DNA of 64,000 nucleotides from Mobula hypostoma (taxonomy: Eukaryota), in contig NC_086109.1 of assembly GCF_963921235.1 (NCBI RefSeq), forward strand, positions 10,294,001 through 10,358,000. Reading direction: 5' to 3'. Below the pieces are notes generated by a model. The model was not told where the DNA came from. It saw only the letters and a list, made by a program, of their open reading frames with translations, and searched no databases. Of this stretch, positions 36,360 to 49,000 are shown piece after piece. The first letter of the stretch is position 1. Each line of letters starts with the position of its first letter. The position numbers and the translations under genes are program-made.

Positions 36360-36790
36360 ATCGTCATCATTATGTGCCATGTTGTATGACATCATCATTA
36401 TGTGCCATGTTGTATGACATCATCATCAGGTGCCATGTCATATGATGTGGGCAATCATGATCTTCCCTTGACCATGATTGTTCCTGCCAAATTTCCCTAC
36501 AGAGGCGGCTTGCCACTGCCTTCTTCCGGGCGGTGTCTTTACAAGATGGGTGACCCCAGCCAGAATGAATAGTCTTCAGAGATTGTCTGCCTGGTGTCAG
36601 TGGTCACATAACCATGACTTGTGATAGACACCAGCTGCTCATGTGGCTTCACGTGACCCTGATCAGTGGGGAGGAGTGGGGGGCTAAGCAGGTGCTACCC
36701 CTTGCCATTTTAATGGTGGCCTGCAGGCTAGCAGAGGGAAGAAGCACCTTACACCTCCTTTGGTAGAGACGTATCTCCACCCCACCACTC
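36360..36790 (-). mobile_element. RTE-related non-autonomous retroelement with a triplicated 3' terminus
   Basis: Reverse complement of 19893-20268; the unit catcattatgtgccatgttgtatgacat occurs about three times at 36365-36445. Confidence 0.7.
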
Positions 36791-37469
36791 AAGTTGGTAA
36801 CATCCTCAGAAAACAACAGCACTAGTCACACACTCAAACATCATCTGCAGACTTTCTCCTGTTTAGTACATTATTCAAATACGATTTCCTTCCATACACC
36901 ACTCCTCAAGAGGGTTAAGTATTATTTAGTGGAGCTTTGTTCACTGAGTTATGTTTTCCATATTCTGTCCATCAAATGATATTTAAGACTGCAGGCCAAT
37001 ACGCGACCCAGAAGGCAGAGCTAGCCAAGGCTGTTGGCTTGTTTGATCGCAGCCTTTTCACAATAACTGACAGGAACAGCATCAGACAGGTTTCTCTGTA
37101 ATCCACTTGTTTATGATGTGCTTACACAAGCAGAATGTTCCCTTTACTTATTAAATAAAACCTTCCATGAAACACGAATCACTAATCCAAGTCAGCAGCC
37201 GAGCCAGAATTCTCCTGGAGGGTCATTCACAGTGCCCTGTCTTAATAACTGGTGCAGTGGAAACCTGCCCCAGCCTCTGGTGAGGGAGGACATTCTACCA
37301 ACTGGAACACGGGGAGGGACACATTGGATGCTGTGGTTTCTTCCCCTCAGCTTTCAACGTTTATACATCATCAGCAGATTACGTCATCAGCAGAATCTTC
37401 AGAGGAGGTACTATGATTTTTTGTCACTCAGAGAGAGGAAGGAGTTGAGAACCAATTTCCCAAAATGGG

Positions 37470-37820
37470 CCAGAAGACCAGAAGACACAGGAGCAGAATT
37501 AGGCCATTCAAGTATGCTCTGCCATTCCAACATGGCTGATTTGTTATCCTTCTCAACCCTGCCTTCTCTCATACCTTTCACACCCTTACTAACCAAGAGA
37601 ATATAAACCTCCGCTTTAAACATACCCAGCAACTTGGCCTCCACAGCCATACGTGGCAATGAATTCCACAGATTCACCTCCCTCAGGCAGAGAAAATTCG
37701 TCCTCATCTCTGTTCTAGGACATTCTTCTTCTCCGAGGCTGAACCCTCTGGTCCTAGACTCCCCCACTAGAGAAACCATCCCCTCCACATCCACTCCGTC
37801 CAGGCCTTTCACGATTCATC
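37470..37820 (-). mobile_element. CR1 3' fragment
   Basis: Relic VGESRTRG...VNLWNSLP...FKAEV. Confidence 0.8.
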
Positions 37821-38434
37821 AAGATATTCTATAGCATTCAATATTCTATATTCTATAGGATAGCAATATATGCATAAACACTGTTTGCCCCAGTAATTGA
37901 ATCTGCACATTCTCAGTTACGGATGGATCGCATTCAAGTGTGGTAACACGATTTTATTTTATTGTTTATTTAGCGACACAACGTGGAGACGGCCCTTCCA
38001 GCCCGTAGAGCTAGGCTGCCCCAGCGACCTCCAACAAACTAGATTAACCCTAACCTAATCACGGGGCAATCAACCCACCCAGTACAGCTTTGGACTGTGG
38101 GAGGAAGCTGGAGCACCCAGGGAAAATCCATGGCTTCCCTGAGGAGGACGTACACAGACTCCTTACAGAACACCGCCGGGACTGAACTCTGAACGTCAGG
38201 CGCCCTGAGCTGTTATAGGGCTGCGCTAACCACGACACAACTGTGGCACCCTCTTAATCTTCAGAGTCTCCAATCCAGGAGGCCGAGCTCAAACCCCAGC
38301 CTGTGGAGAATGTCCCGTAGAAAGTTGATCAAGAAATTAAAAACATGCCCACATTTCTGTGTATCCGTCACAGCCATGAGGTCCCAAGGAGCACACAGCC
38401 TAGGGAATACGGCTCGAAGTTCAAAGTTCAATGT

Positions 38435-38752
38435 AATAATAATAAAGGCATCCGTTAGTCTTGCGAGACCATGGATCTGCGCCTGGAAAGTCTTCACTCT
38501 CCAGGGCGCAGGCCTGAGCAAGGTTGTATGGAAGACCAGCAGTTGCCCATGCTGCAAGTCTCCCCTCTCCACGACACCAATGTTGTCCAAGGGAAGGGCA
38601 TTAGGACCCATACAGCTTGGCACCAGTGTCATCGCAGAGCAATGTGTGATTAAGTGCCTTGCTCAAGGACACAACACGTTGCCCTGGCTGGGGCTCGAAC
38701 TCATGACCTTCAGGTCGCTAGTCCAATGCTTTAACCACTTGGCCATGTGCCC
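38435..38752 (-). mobile_element. Young tRNA-headed SINE (family Y, copy 2)
   Basis: TSD caaagttcaa(t/c)gt at 38422-38434 and 38752-38764; (tta)n tail. Confidence 0.9.
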
Positions 38753-39556
38753 AAAGTTCAACGTGAAGTTACTATAAAAATACATACACTTTTTCTTGTG
38801 GGCGTTCACAAAGAAATACGATAGAATCAATGAAAAACTAAACACAAAGATGTACATATAACCACTGTGCAAAAGAAGACAAATTCAATAATAATAAAAA
38901 TAAACAAATAAACAATATTGAGACCTTGGGTTGTCGAGTTTTTGAAAGTCAGTCCTTAGGTTGTGGCACACACAAAATGCTGGAGGAACTCAGCATCTAT
39001 GGAAAGGAATAAAGAGTTAACATTTTGGGCTGAGACCCTTCAAGAAATTAAGAGGGAAGAAGCCAAAGTAAAGAGATGGGTGGAGGGGAAGGAGTACAAG
39101 TTAGTTGATTCAGTGTTGAGGTGATTGAATCTAACCGCACTGGTTCAGGAGCCTGATGGTTGTAGTGTAATAACTGTTCCTGAACCTGGTGGTGTGGGAC
39201 CTAAGGCTCCTGTACCTCCTTCCTGATGGCAGCCGCGAGAAGACAGCGTGGCCTGGGTAGTGGGGGTAGTAAGATGATGGATGCTGCTTTCTTGTGTCGA
39301 CATGGAGCCAGGGCTGATGTGCAACCAGTTCTCACACAGCAAACTCCGGCTCATAGAAATATGTTAATGAGCGGTGAATTGGATTTGGGGATGTTGAATA
39401 TGGGTCAAATGTAGAACGGGACACGCGAGCCAAGGTTTAGAGGGTTATGGGCCAAACGCTGTCTCGTGGTCTGATTGATGAGGCATGGAACAGTGAGGCT
39501 GAAGGTTCGATGCTGTGTGACTCCATGACTCTAGGGCAGTCTGATGGCATAGCAGT

Positions 39557-39900
39557 GAATCAGATCACTTTATTGCCAGTAGGTGAAACATACCAGGATT
39601 GATTGTGGTGCAGTGCCAAGCATAAAACACAGGACAACACCATAACAGAAAACACAATAGTAACCAACTATTCACAAGACAATAGTGCAAACAGCCACAA
39701 GCAATCAACAATCAACAGAACGGTCACATGCTCAAACATCAATAAATGTGAACATATGAACAGACTCGATAAATGTCAACAGAACAAGGAGAGCAGGAAA
39801 GGCCATGTAACGGATGTTGTGTGGAGACAGTCGGGGGATTACACCTGAATGAGTTTTGTTGAGAAGCTGGACAGCTACAGGAAAGAATCTTCGGCGATAT
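39557..39900 (-). mobile_element. LINE-type 3' end (sister of 3565-3920)
   Basis: Shared sequence; minus-strand relic RRRFFPVAVQLLN. Confidence 0.7.
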
Positions 39901-41170
39901 ATAACCATATAACCATATAACAATTACAGCACGGAAACAGGCCATATCGGCCCTTCTAGTCCGTGCTGACTCTCACCTAGTCCCACCGACCTGCACTCAG
40001 CCCATAACCCTCCATTCCTTTCCTGTCCATATAGCTGTCCAATTTAACTTCAAACAACAACATCGAACCTGTCTCAACCACTTCTGCTGGAAGCTTGTTC
40101 CACACAGCTACCACTCTCTGAGGGAAGAAGTTCCCCCTCATGTTACCCCTAAACTTTTGCCCTTTAACTCTCAACTCATGTTCCTTTGTTTGAATCTCCC
40201 CCACTCTCAATGGAAAAAGCCTATCCACGTCAACTCTATCTATCCCCCTCATAATTTTAAATACCTCTATCAAGCCCCCCCCTCAACTTTCTACATTCCG
40301 AAGAATAAAGACCCAACTTGTTCAACCTTTCTCTGTAACTTAGGTGATGAAACCCAGGTAACATTCTAGCAACACACATAAAAGTTGCTGGTGAACGCAG
40401 CAGGCCAGGCAGCATCTACTGGAAGAGGTACAGTCGATGTTTCGGGTCGAGACCCTTTGTCAGGACTAACTGAAAGAAGAGCTAGTAAGAGATTTGAAAG
40501 TGGGAGGGGGAGGGGGAGATCCAAAATGATAGGAGAAGACAGGAGGGGTAGGGACGGAGCCAAGAGCTGGACAGGTGATTGGCAAAAGGGATATGAGAGG
40601 ATCATGGGACAGGAGGCCCAGGGAGAAGGAAAAGGGGGAGGGGGGGCATTAGCGGAAGTTTGAGAAGTCAATGTACATGCCATCAGGTTGGAGGCTACCC
40701 AGATGGAATATAAGGTGTTGTACAACACCTTATATTTCGTCTGGGTACAACACCTTATATACTCAAATTCTTTCTCTCTCTCTCCTTTTTCTCCCTCTGA
40801 CTATACCCCTTGCCCATCCTCTGGGTTTTCCCCCCCTCCCCCTTTTCCTTCTCCCTGGGCCTCCTGTCCCACGATCCTCTCATATCCCTTTTGCCAATCA
40901 CCTGTCCAGCTCTTGGCTCCATTCCTCCCCCTCCTGTCTTCTCCTATCATTTCGGATCTCCCCCTCCCCCTCCCACTTTCAAATCTCTTACTAGCTCTTC
41001 TCTCAGTTAGTCCTGATGAAGGGTCTCAGCCCAAAACGTCGACTGTACCTCTTCCAGTAGATGCTGCCTGGCCTGCTGCGTTCACCAGCAACTTTGATGT
41101 GTGTTGCTTGAAATTCCAGAACCTGCAGATTTCCTCATGTTTGAGTTTTTAACATTCTAGTAAATCTCTG
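39900..41170 (-). mobile_element. Young CR1 3' fragment (same subfamily as 29765-30565) hosting a Penelope insertion
   Basis: Relic FKIMRGIDRVDVDRLFPLRVGEIQT...GRWD*; (aaccatat)n tail. Confidence 0.9.
40370..41149. mobile_element. Young Penelope-like element, inverted two-arm insertion
   Basis: 11-bp TSD taacattctag (40359-40369, 41150-41160). The minus arm includes the GIY-YIG end (LGSLQPDGMYIDFSNFR*); plus arm about 40720-41149. Hammerhead cores are mutated in both arms. Confidence 0.88.
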
Positions 41171-42430
41171 ATGTACAGTCCTGGTGGTGGTGGACTTGTA
41201 GCATCTCCCTGAAGGTAATTTGGTGAATAGGTGACTGCTAGGGAGGGTGGAGTCAGCAGTAATTTTTCCAGCTCTTTTCAATTCACTCGGCAATGAACAG
41301 GTCTTTTAACGTCAGTTGCTGACGGCCAGTGATCTTCTCTGCAGCCTGAACCCAGTACAGCAACCTGGACCTGGAGAGGGAGGAGGTGGTGGGGAGCCAA
41401 ACGGTGACAGAGGTCGTCACAACACTCTCAATGATGGCTGAGTAAAAATTCATCAGGATACTCCCTGAGATGTTAAGCTTCATGAACTGGCATCGGAACC
41501 ATCTCACTATTTATTTAATTTATTGAGATACAGCACGGAATAGGCCTTTCCAGCCCTTCCAGCCACCCAGCAACCCCTGATTTAATCCTAGTTTAATCGC
41601 AGAACAAATTACAATGACCAATTAACCTACCAACCGGAACGTCTTTGGACTGTGGGCGGAAACCGGAGCACCCGGTCATGGGAAAAACGACCAACTCCTT
41701 ACAGGCAGTGGAGGGAATTGAACCTGGGCCACTGGTACTGTGAAGCGTGGTGCTAACCTCTACACAACTGTACCTCTGCTGGGTTTTCCTAGAGATGAGT
41801 GTAACGTCCTTATCCCACTTCAATGTATTGGTAATGCAAGACCCGGGAATTTGAAAGACTCGGCCACAGATGCAGCCTGACCATTAATTTCCAAGGGGGG
41901 CTGCAGGTAGGGGGTTGTTGGTGGAAGTCAGTCCTCATTTCCACTGTCTTGATAGCAGTAATCTCCAAGTTGTTAGAAGCATGGCATGCTGCAAGATGAT
42001 CTACCTCTGTCTGATAACGGGTCACATCATTATTAGAGGTGAGACAGTCGTGTTATCCACAAAAATATGTCTGTGCAGGTACAGACATCTCTATAAAGTG
42101 AGAACAGGAGGGGCGAAAGAACACAGCCCTGGGGAGAGCTTGTACTTATCGGCGTTGGATTCGATAAGTAGGAGTCCAGCCTTACAAACTGCTTCCTTCC
42201 TGCCAGGTAGTTCGTAACCCACTGACAGATACCGTAGGGTGCAGCTAGCTGGGTGAGCTCGCTGTGAAGCAACTCTGGAACAATAGTGTTGAAGGCGGAG
42301 CTAAAATCCACTAACAAGATCCTCCCATAGGTGATGGGGGAGTCCGAAATGTTGAAGAATGCAGTGGCAGCATCCTCAACTGAGCGATTTGCTCTATAAA
42401 CAAATGGCAGCGGGTCAAGAAAAGGACCAG
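41170..42430 (-). mobile_element. Rex1/Babar (L2-related) LINE RT fragment, interrupted by a SINE at about 41510-41775
   Basis: LVDFSSAFNTIVP...QGCVLSPLLFSLY, KTVEM..DF and FYSAIIESV relics. Confidence 0.85.
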
Positions 42431-42704
42431 ATTAAAGATCCGATCAGAGCATCAGATTATCGATTGAAGATTAGTTTTATTTGCCACATATACATTGAAA
42501 CATCAAAACATACAGTGAAATGTGTCATTTGTGCTAATGACCAAAATAGTCGAGGATGTGCTAGCGGGATCCCACAAACATCCCCATGCTTCGAGCATCA
42601 ATATAGCAAGTCCAGAATTTACTAACCCAAACCATAACCCGTACGTCTTTAGAATGTGAAAAAAAATAGAAGGCCTGGATTTCACCATTAATTTCTCCAA
42701 CTTC

Positions 42705-43250
42705 ATAATCATAGTCATACTTTATCGATCCCGAGGGAAATTGGTTTTCATTACAGTTGCACCATAAATAATTAAATTCTAATAAAACCATAAATAATTA
42801 AATTCTAATAAAACCATAAATAATTAAATACTAATAAAACCATAAATAATTAAATAGTAATATGTAAATTATGCCAGGAAGTAAGTCCAGGACCAGCCTA
42901 TTGGCTCAGGGTGTCTGACCCTCCAAGGGAGGAGTTTGTAAAGTTTGATGGCCACAGGCAGGAATGACTTCCTATGACACTCAGTGTTGCATCTCGGTGG
43001 AATGAGTCTCTGGCTGAATGTACTCCTGTGCCCAACCAGTACATTATGTAGTGGATGGGAGACATTGTCCAAGATGGCATGCGACTTGGACAGCATCCTC
43101 TTTTCAGACACCACCGTCAGAGAGTCCAGTTCCATCCCCACAACATCACTGGCCTTACAAATGAGTTTGTTGATTCTGTTGGTGTCTGCTACCCTCAGCC
43201 TGCTGCCCCAGCACACAACAGCAAATATGATAGCACTGGCCACCACAAAC
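42705..43250 (-). mobile_element. Rex1/Babar-like LINE 3' end
   Basis: VASAIIFAVVCWGS...RKSFLPVAIKLY; (gactat)n tail; a 26-bp AT-rich unit repeated 3-4 times in the UTR (42760-42860). Confidence 0.85.
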
Positions 43251-43844
43251 TTCCAGTCATTTTCCCCCCTCCACCATCTCTGTTATCCATTCCCCACTCT
43301 GGATCCCCTCTTACCTCTTCTCTCCTCCTCACCTGCGCGTCACCTCCCCCTGGGTCCCCTCCTCCTTCCCTTTCTCCCATGTTCCGCTCTTCCCCTCCTA
43401 TCAGCTTCCTTCTTCTTCAACCCTTTACCTCTTCTACCTACCAACTCCCGGCTTCTCACTTCACCACACCCTCCCCCTCACCGAGCTTCACTTATCACCT
43501 GCCAGTGTGTACTCCTCCCACACCTTCTTAGTCTGGCTTCTTCCCCCTTCCTTTCCAGTCCTGATGAAGGGTCTCTGCCCGAAACTTTAGCTCTTTATAT
43601 TTCTCTACAGTTACTGCCTGACTTGCTGAGTTCCTCCAGCACTTTTTTAAGGTTGGAATCAGCTTTGTGACCACCGTCTTGTATGATGTTGTATCGATTG
43701 TTTTGCAGCCGTGGTACAGTGCAAAGATAGAAAATTACAATAAATTACAAAATAAATTAACAATGCACAATAATGAGGTAGTGTTTATGGACCATTCATG
43801 AATCTGATGGTGGAGGGGAAGAATCTGCTTCTGAAGCAAACATA

Positions 43845-44390
43845 CAATCTGTGGCCACTTTATTAGGTACACCTGCTTATCAATGCAACTATCTAATCAG
43901 CCAATCATGTGGCAGCAACTCAATGTATAAAAGCATGCAGACATGGTCGAGAGATTCAAATGTTATTCAAATCAAACATCAGAATGGGGAAGAAAAGGTT
44001 CTTTGAACGTGGAATGATTGTTGATGCCAGACTGGGTGGTTTAAATATCTCAGAAACTGCTGATCTCCTGGGAATTTCACGCTCAGCGGTCTTTAGAGCT
44101 GAGAGAGAATGGGCAATAAACAAAAAAATATCCAGTGAGCAGCCGTTCTGTGGGCAAAAATACCTTACTAATGGGTGAGGTCAGAGGAGAATGTCCAGAC
44201 TGGTTCAAGACGACAGGAAAGCAACAGTCACTCAAATAACCACACGTTACAACAGTGGTGTGCAGAATAGCATCTCTGAATACACAACACATTGAACCTT
44301 GAAGTGGATGGGCTACAGCAGCAGAAGATCATGAACATACACTCAGTGGCCACTTTGTTAGGTACAGGAGATACCCAATAAAGTGGCCAC
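43845..44390 (+). mobile_element. Non-autonomous Tc1-type element ending in a TIR-TIR mini-hairpin
   Basis: gtggccactttattaggtacacc start, HTH relic; end tacactcagtggccactttgttaggtacaggagatacccaataaagtggccac. Confidence 0.8.
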
Positions 44391-44489
44391 ATCAGGAAAA
44401 AGTCTAATCACCCCTTGGCATTTGAGTGCAGTTTCATTTATGACATTGGCGACTTTTGTCTTTCTAACTGGCCGGCCTTCCTTTGCCTA

Positions 44490-45245
44490 ACGTGAGAATA
44501 TCTGCGGATGCTGGAAATCCAGAGGAACACACACAAAACAGTTTTGGGCCCCATATCTCAGAAAGGATGTGTTGTCATTGGAGAGAGTCCAGAGGAGGTT
44601 CACAAGGATGATTCTGGGAATGAAGGAGTTAATATATGAGGACCCTTTGGTAGCTTTGGGCCTGTATTCACTGGAATTCAGAAGAATGTGTGGGGATCTC
44701 ATTGAAACCTACCGTATATTAAAAGGACTATTTAGGGTAGATGTGGCGAGGATGTTCCCTCTGGTGGGGGTATCCAGAACTAAAGGGCACAGCCTCAAAA
44801 TTGAGGGGTGACCTTCTAGAACCAAGGAGGACTTTTTTTTAGCCAAAGAGTGGTGAATCTGTGGAATGCTCTGCCACAGACTGCAGTGGAGGCCAAGTCC
44901 ATGGGTATATTTAAAGTGGAATTTGAAAGATTCCTGATTGGTCGGGGCATCAAGGGATATGGTGAGGGGGCAGGTCTATGGGGTTGAATGGGAACCGGGA
45001 TCAGCCATGATGAAATGGTGGAGCAGACTCGATGGGCTGAATGGCCTAATTCTGCTCCTATGTCTTATGGTCTAAACTGCTGGAGAAACTCAGCAGGCCG
45101 GGCAGATCTATGGAAAATAGTAAACAGCTGACGTTTCGGGCTGAGTCCCAAGGAAGGGTCTAGGCCCAAAACGCCAACTGTTTACTCTTTTCCACAGATG
45201 CTGCCTGGGCTGCTGAGTTCCTCCTGCAGTTTGTGTGTGTTGCTT
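44490..45245. mobile_element. Palindromic Penelope-derived mini element split by a CR1 3' end (about 44538-45075, +)
   Basis: aacacacacaaaa | CR1 | ctgctggagaaactcagc...; fold-back centre near 45150. Confidence 0.7.
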
Positions 45246-45650
45246 CTGTTCCCTGTCTCCTCTCAGTTAACTATCTGACCCATCCTCTCCTGCAGCTGTA
45301 GAGCTGCTTCCTGCCGCCCATGATTTTCCTCTGCCATCAGCAAGACTTTGTTTACCATGCCTTACCGCAGCGTCAGCTGTCGGGAACACATGAGATCAGA
45401 AGCTCTTGAGAGACTCTTGTCTCTTAATGACTCTTGATTAAAATGTCAGAATTTGGTCTCCTTGGAAAAGGTCAAGTGCCTTCTTTCTAATTGCAGAGCT
45501 GATAGTTTGCTTGATTGCATCTTGCACTCAAGTGGCATGATCTAACTTGCTCTCATGAACACAAGAGCTAACCCCTCCTCTTTTCTCCCATTGTCCACTC
45601 TCCTTTCCTATCAGATTCCTTAGTCTTCAACTCTTTACCTCTTCAATCTA

Positions 45651-46221
45651 AAACCCTAAAACCCTCACTAATTTTTATAGGTGCACCGCAGAAAGCATTC
45701 TTCTAGGGTGCATCACAACCTGGTGTGGAAGTTGTCCTATCCAAGACCAGAAGAAGCTGCAGAAGATCGTGAACATGGTGCAGCACATCACACAAACCAA
45801 TCTTCCATCCATGGACTCAGTTTACACCGCACGCTGTCGGAGCAGTGCTGCCAGGATAATCAAGGACACGACCCACCCAGCCAATACACTTTTCACCCCT
45901 CTTCCCTCCGGGAGAAGGCTCGGGAGCTTGAAGATTCGTATGGCCAGGTTTCAGAACAGCTTCTTTCCAGCTGTGATAAGACTGCTGAACGGATTCTGAC
46001 CCGGATCTGGACCGTACCCTCCAAATATCCGGACCTGCATCTCGGTTTTTTTGCACTACCTTACTTTCCATTTTTCTATTTTCTATTTATGATTTATAAT
46101 TTAAATTTTTAATATTTACTATCGATTTGTAATCCAGGGAGTGGGAAGCGCAGAATCAAATATCGCTGTGATGATTGTACGTTCTAGTATCAATTGTTTG
46201 GCGACAATAAAGTATAAAGTA
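45651..46221 (+). mobile_element. L2/Rex-Babar-like LINE 3' fragment with TSD
   Basis: TSD ttcaatcta (45642-45650, 46222-46230); relic IIKDTTHPANTLFTPLPSGRR...FQNSFFPAVIRLLN. Confidence 0.85.
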
Positions 46222-47067
46222 TTCAATCTATCACCTGTCAGTTCCTCACTTTATTCTCCCCTCTCCTTCACCTGCCCACCTTCCCCTTCAACTAGTCTCA
46301 CCTATCATCTTCCAGCCTGAACTCGTTCTTCTCCACACCTTCTCGTTCTGGCTTTTGCCCCCTTCCTGATGAAGGGTCTCACTGACGGTTTATTTCCCTC
46401 TGTAGATGCTGCCTGAGCTTCTGAGGTCCTGCAGCAATTTTTTTTTTGTGCGTGTTATTCTTAACTTGCCATCAACATTTTCACAGCAAAGCTGGGTGGC
46501 GGTATAATTGCTTGTAATTTATCACCCAAAGCACAGAGCAGAATTCAACCAAAGGAAATTACCAGAAGTATGAAATTACAAAAGCTACTGGATGCTAGAT
46601 GCTGACTAACCTTCGCGGTGTTCAGGGAACCATTCTTGAGCTGAGCTGTCCAGCCTCATAAGTTCAAGGTTTCAAAGCACGAAGATAAAAAAAAACCTTC
46701 TGCCCATCAGGAATTTTGTTTTGAGTAAAATACAGGGGGAACTCACCAGGAAATCCAGACAGTGGTACAGGGTCCATTGTTGTTTGTCATCAATATCAAC
46801 CACGTGGATGATAATGTGGTAAACTGGATCAACAAATTTGTGGACGACACCAAGCTTTGGGATGTAGTGGACAGCAAAGTCGGCTATCAAAGCTTGCAGC
46901 TGGGAAAATGGGCCCAAAACTGGCAGATGGAATTTAATTTAGTGAGGTGTTATTGACCTCGGGGGCACAGTCCAGGGTAGGACATACACAGTGAACAACA
47001 GGGCACTGAGGAGGGTGGTAGAACAGAAGGATCTGGTAGTACAGGTCCACTATTTCTTGAAAGAGGC

Positions 47068-48617
47068 AGTCATAGTCATAGTCATAGTCATAGTCATACT
47101 TTATTGATCCCGGGGGAAATTGGTTTTTGTTACAGTTGCACCATAAATAATAAATAGTAATAGAATCATAATAGTTAAATAGTAATATGTAAATTATGAA
47201 ATAAGTCCAGGACCAGCCTATTGGCTCAGGGTGTCTGACCCTCCAAGGGAGGAGTTGTAAAGTTTGATGGCCACAGGCAGGAATGACTTCCTATGATGCT
47301 CTGTGCTGCATCTGGGTGGAATGAGTCTCTGGCTGAATGTACTCCTGTGCCCAACCAGCACATTATGTAGTGGATGGTGTGACAAGAATATACATAGATT
47401 AAGATGTAGCTGGCCTGGGCTGGCACCAGTGGAATCAGCAGTTGGTCTGCCACCTGTCTTCAGGAGAGAGAGAGATAAGGAAAACAATGGAGCAGCATTT
47501 GGAGATGTTAATGAAGGAAGGAGAGCTGTCAAGATCGGCTCCCCCTTTGAACCCTGAACTGTTTGAAGTGATGGACAGGTGATACCCCAGCAGGGGGATA
47601 AAAAGGGACAGGTTCGCTAAGGCAGGACACATACGACACCCGAGGTAACAAGACCCTGGAAGCGGTGCGTCTCTCACAAGTCGGTGGGAAGTACCGGGCC
47701 ATAGACGCACAGGGTGGAAAGGCACAATCGGCGGGAACCTGGTGTGTGTCCACCCTTGCCTGGGTGCCAGGTTCACCACAGAGAAACGATCGTATCTGGA
47801 AACGGAGGGGTCACAGTCGGTGACCTCAGATGACATCACAAAGGACTCGCCCGAAAGCTGACTGCGAAGGTCTGTGTGTGGAAGCCTTGAATATTCATTC
47901 GTTTTTGCTCTCTCTCTCCTTCCCCCACACTGTCCATCTCCCACGGCAGCGATTACTGCGAACTGAACTGAACTAAATTGAACTGAACTTTGCGTCACTT
48001 TGAAACTGGTCATTTACCCCTAGACAACGATAGAGCTTGATTGATCCTGTTATCATAATTCTGTGTACATGTATGTTTATCATTGCTGAACTGTTGCATT
48101 TATTATCCTTTTGATTAGAGTACTGTGTTGCTTGTTTCTTTAATAAAACTTTCTTAGTTCTAGTAATCCAGACTCCAACTGAGTGATCCATTTCTGCTGG
48201 TTTGGCAACCCAGTTACAGGGTACGTAACAATGGGAAACATTGTCCAAGATGGCATGCAACTTAGACAGCATCCTCTTTTCAGACACCACCGTCAGAGAG
48301 TCCAGTTCCATCCCCACAACATCACTGGCCTTACAGATGAGTTTGTTGATTCTTTTGGTGTCTGCTACCCTCAGCCTGCTGCCCCAGCGCACAACAGCAA
48401 ACATGATCACACTGGCCACCACAGACTTGTAGAAATCCTCAGCATCGTCTGGCAGATGTTAAAGGACCTCAGTCTCCTCAGGAAATAGAGACGGCTCTGA
48501 CCCTTCTTGTAGACAGCCTCAGTGTTCTTTGACCAGTCCAGTTTATTGTCAATTCGTATCCCCAGGTATTTGTAATCCTCCACCATGTCCACACTGACCC
48601 CCTGGATGGAAACAGGT
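47068..48617 (-). mobile_element. Rex1/Babar-like LINE 3' portion
   Basis: YKYLGIRIDNKLDWSKNT...RLYFLRRLRSF; (gactat)n tail; near-identical to 42705-43250. Confidence 0.88.
47378..48230 (+). mobile_element. Solo LTR (853 bp), Gypsy-like
   Basis: TGTGAC...GTAACA termini, 4-bp TSD atgg (47374-47377, 48231-48234); empty site visible at about 43050-43065. TATA-like gataaaaag near 47597, AATAAA near 48142. Confidence 0.92.
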
Positions 48618-48869
48618 ACCAGAGGTAGATAGAATGTAAAGAGAGCTTTTGCCATATTGGCCTTTATAAATCAAAGTATTCGGTACAGGAGTTGGGATGA
48701 TATGTTACAGTTATATAAGATGTCAGTTAGGTGCATCATGTGCAGTTCTGGTCACTCACTTACAGGAAAGATGTCAACAAGTTTGAAAGAGTCCAGAGAA
48801 GATTTACAAGGGTGTTACAAGGACTTGAGGACCTGAGTTATAGGGAAAGGTTGAATAGCTTAGGACTTT

Positions 48870-49000
48870 CGCAAACAAGGGCAAGTCTGTAGATGCTGGA
48901 AATCTGAACAACACGCATAAAATGCTGGAGGAACTCAACAGGCCAGGCAGCATCTATGGAAAAAAAGTACAGTTGACGCTTCGGGGCAAAACCCTTCAGC
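48870..49000 (-). mobile_element. Short Penelope-type terminal fragment
   Basis: Flanked by aggacttt (48862-48869, 49001-49008); ends at hammerhead stem I. Confidence 0.7.

Noticed and set aside
37118..37606. 162-aa ORF as a gene
   Set aside because: No recognisable homology, non-ATG start, and its end runs into an antisense CR1 UTR.
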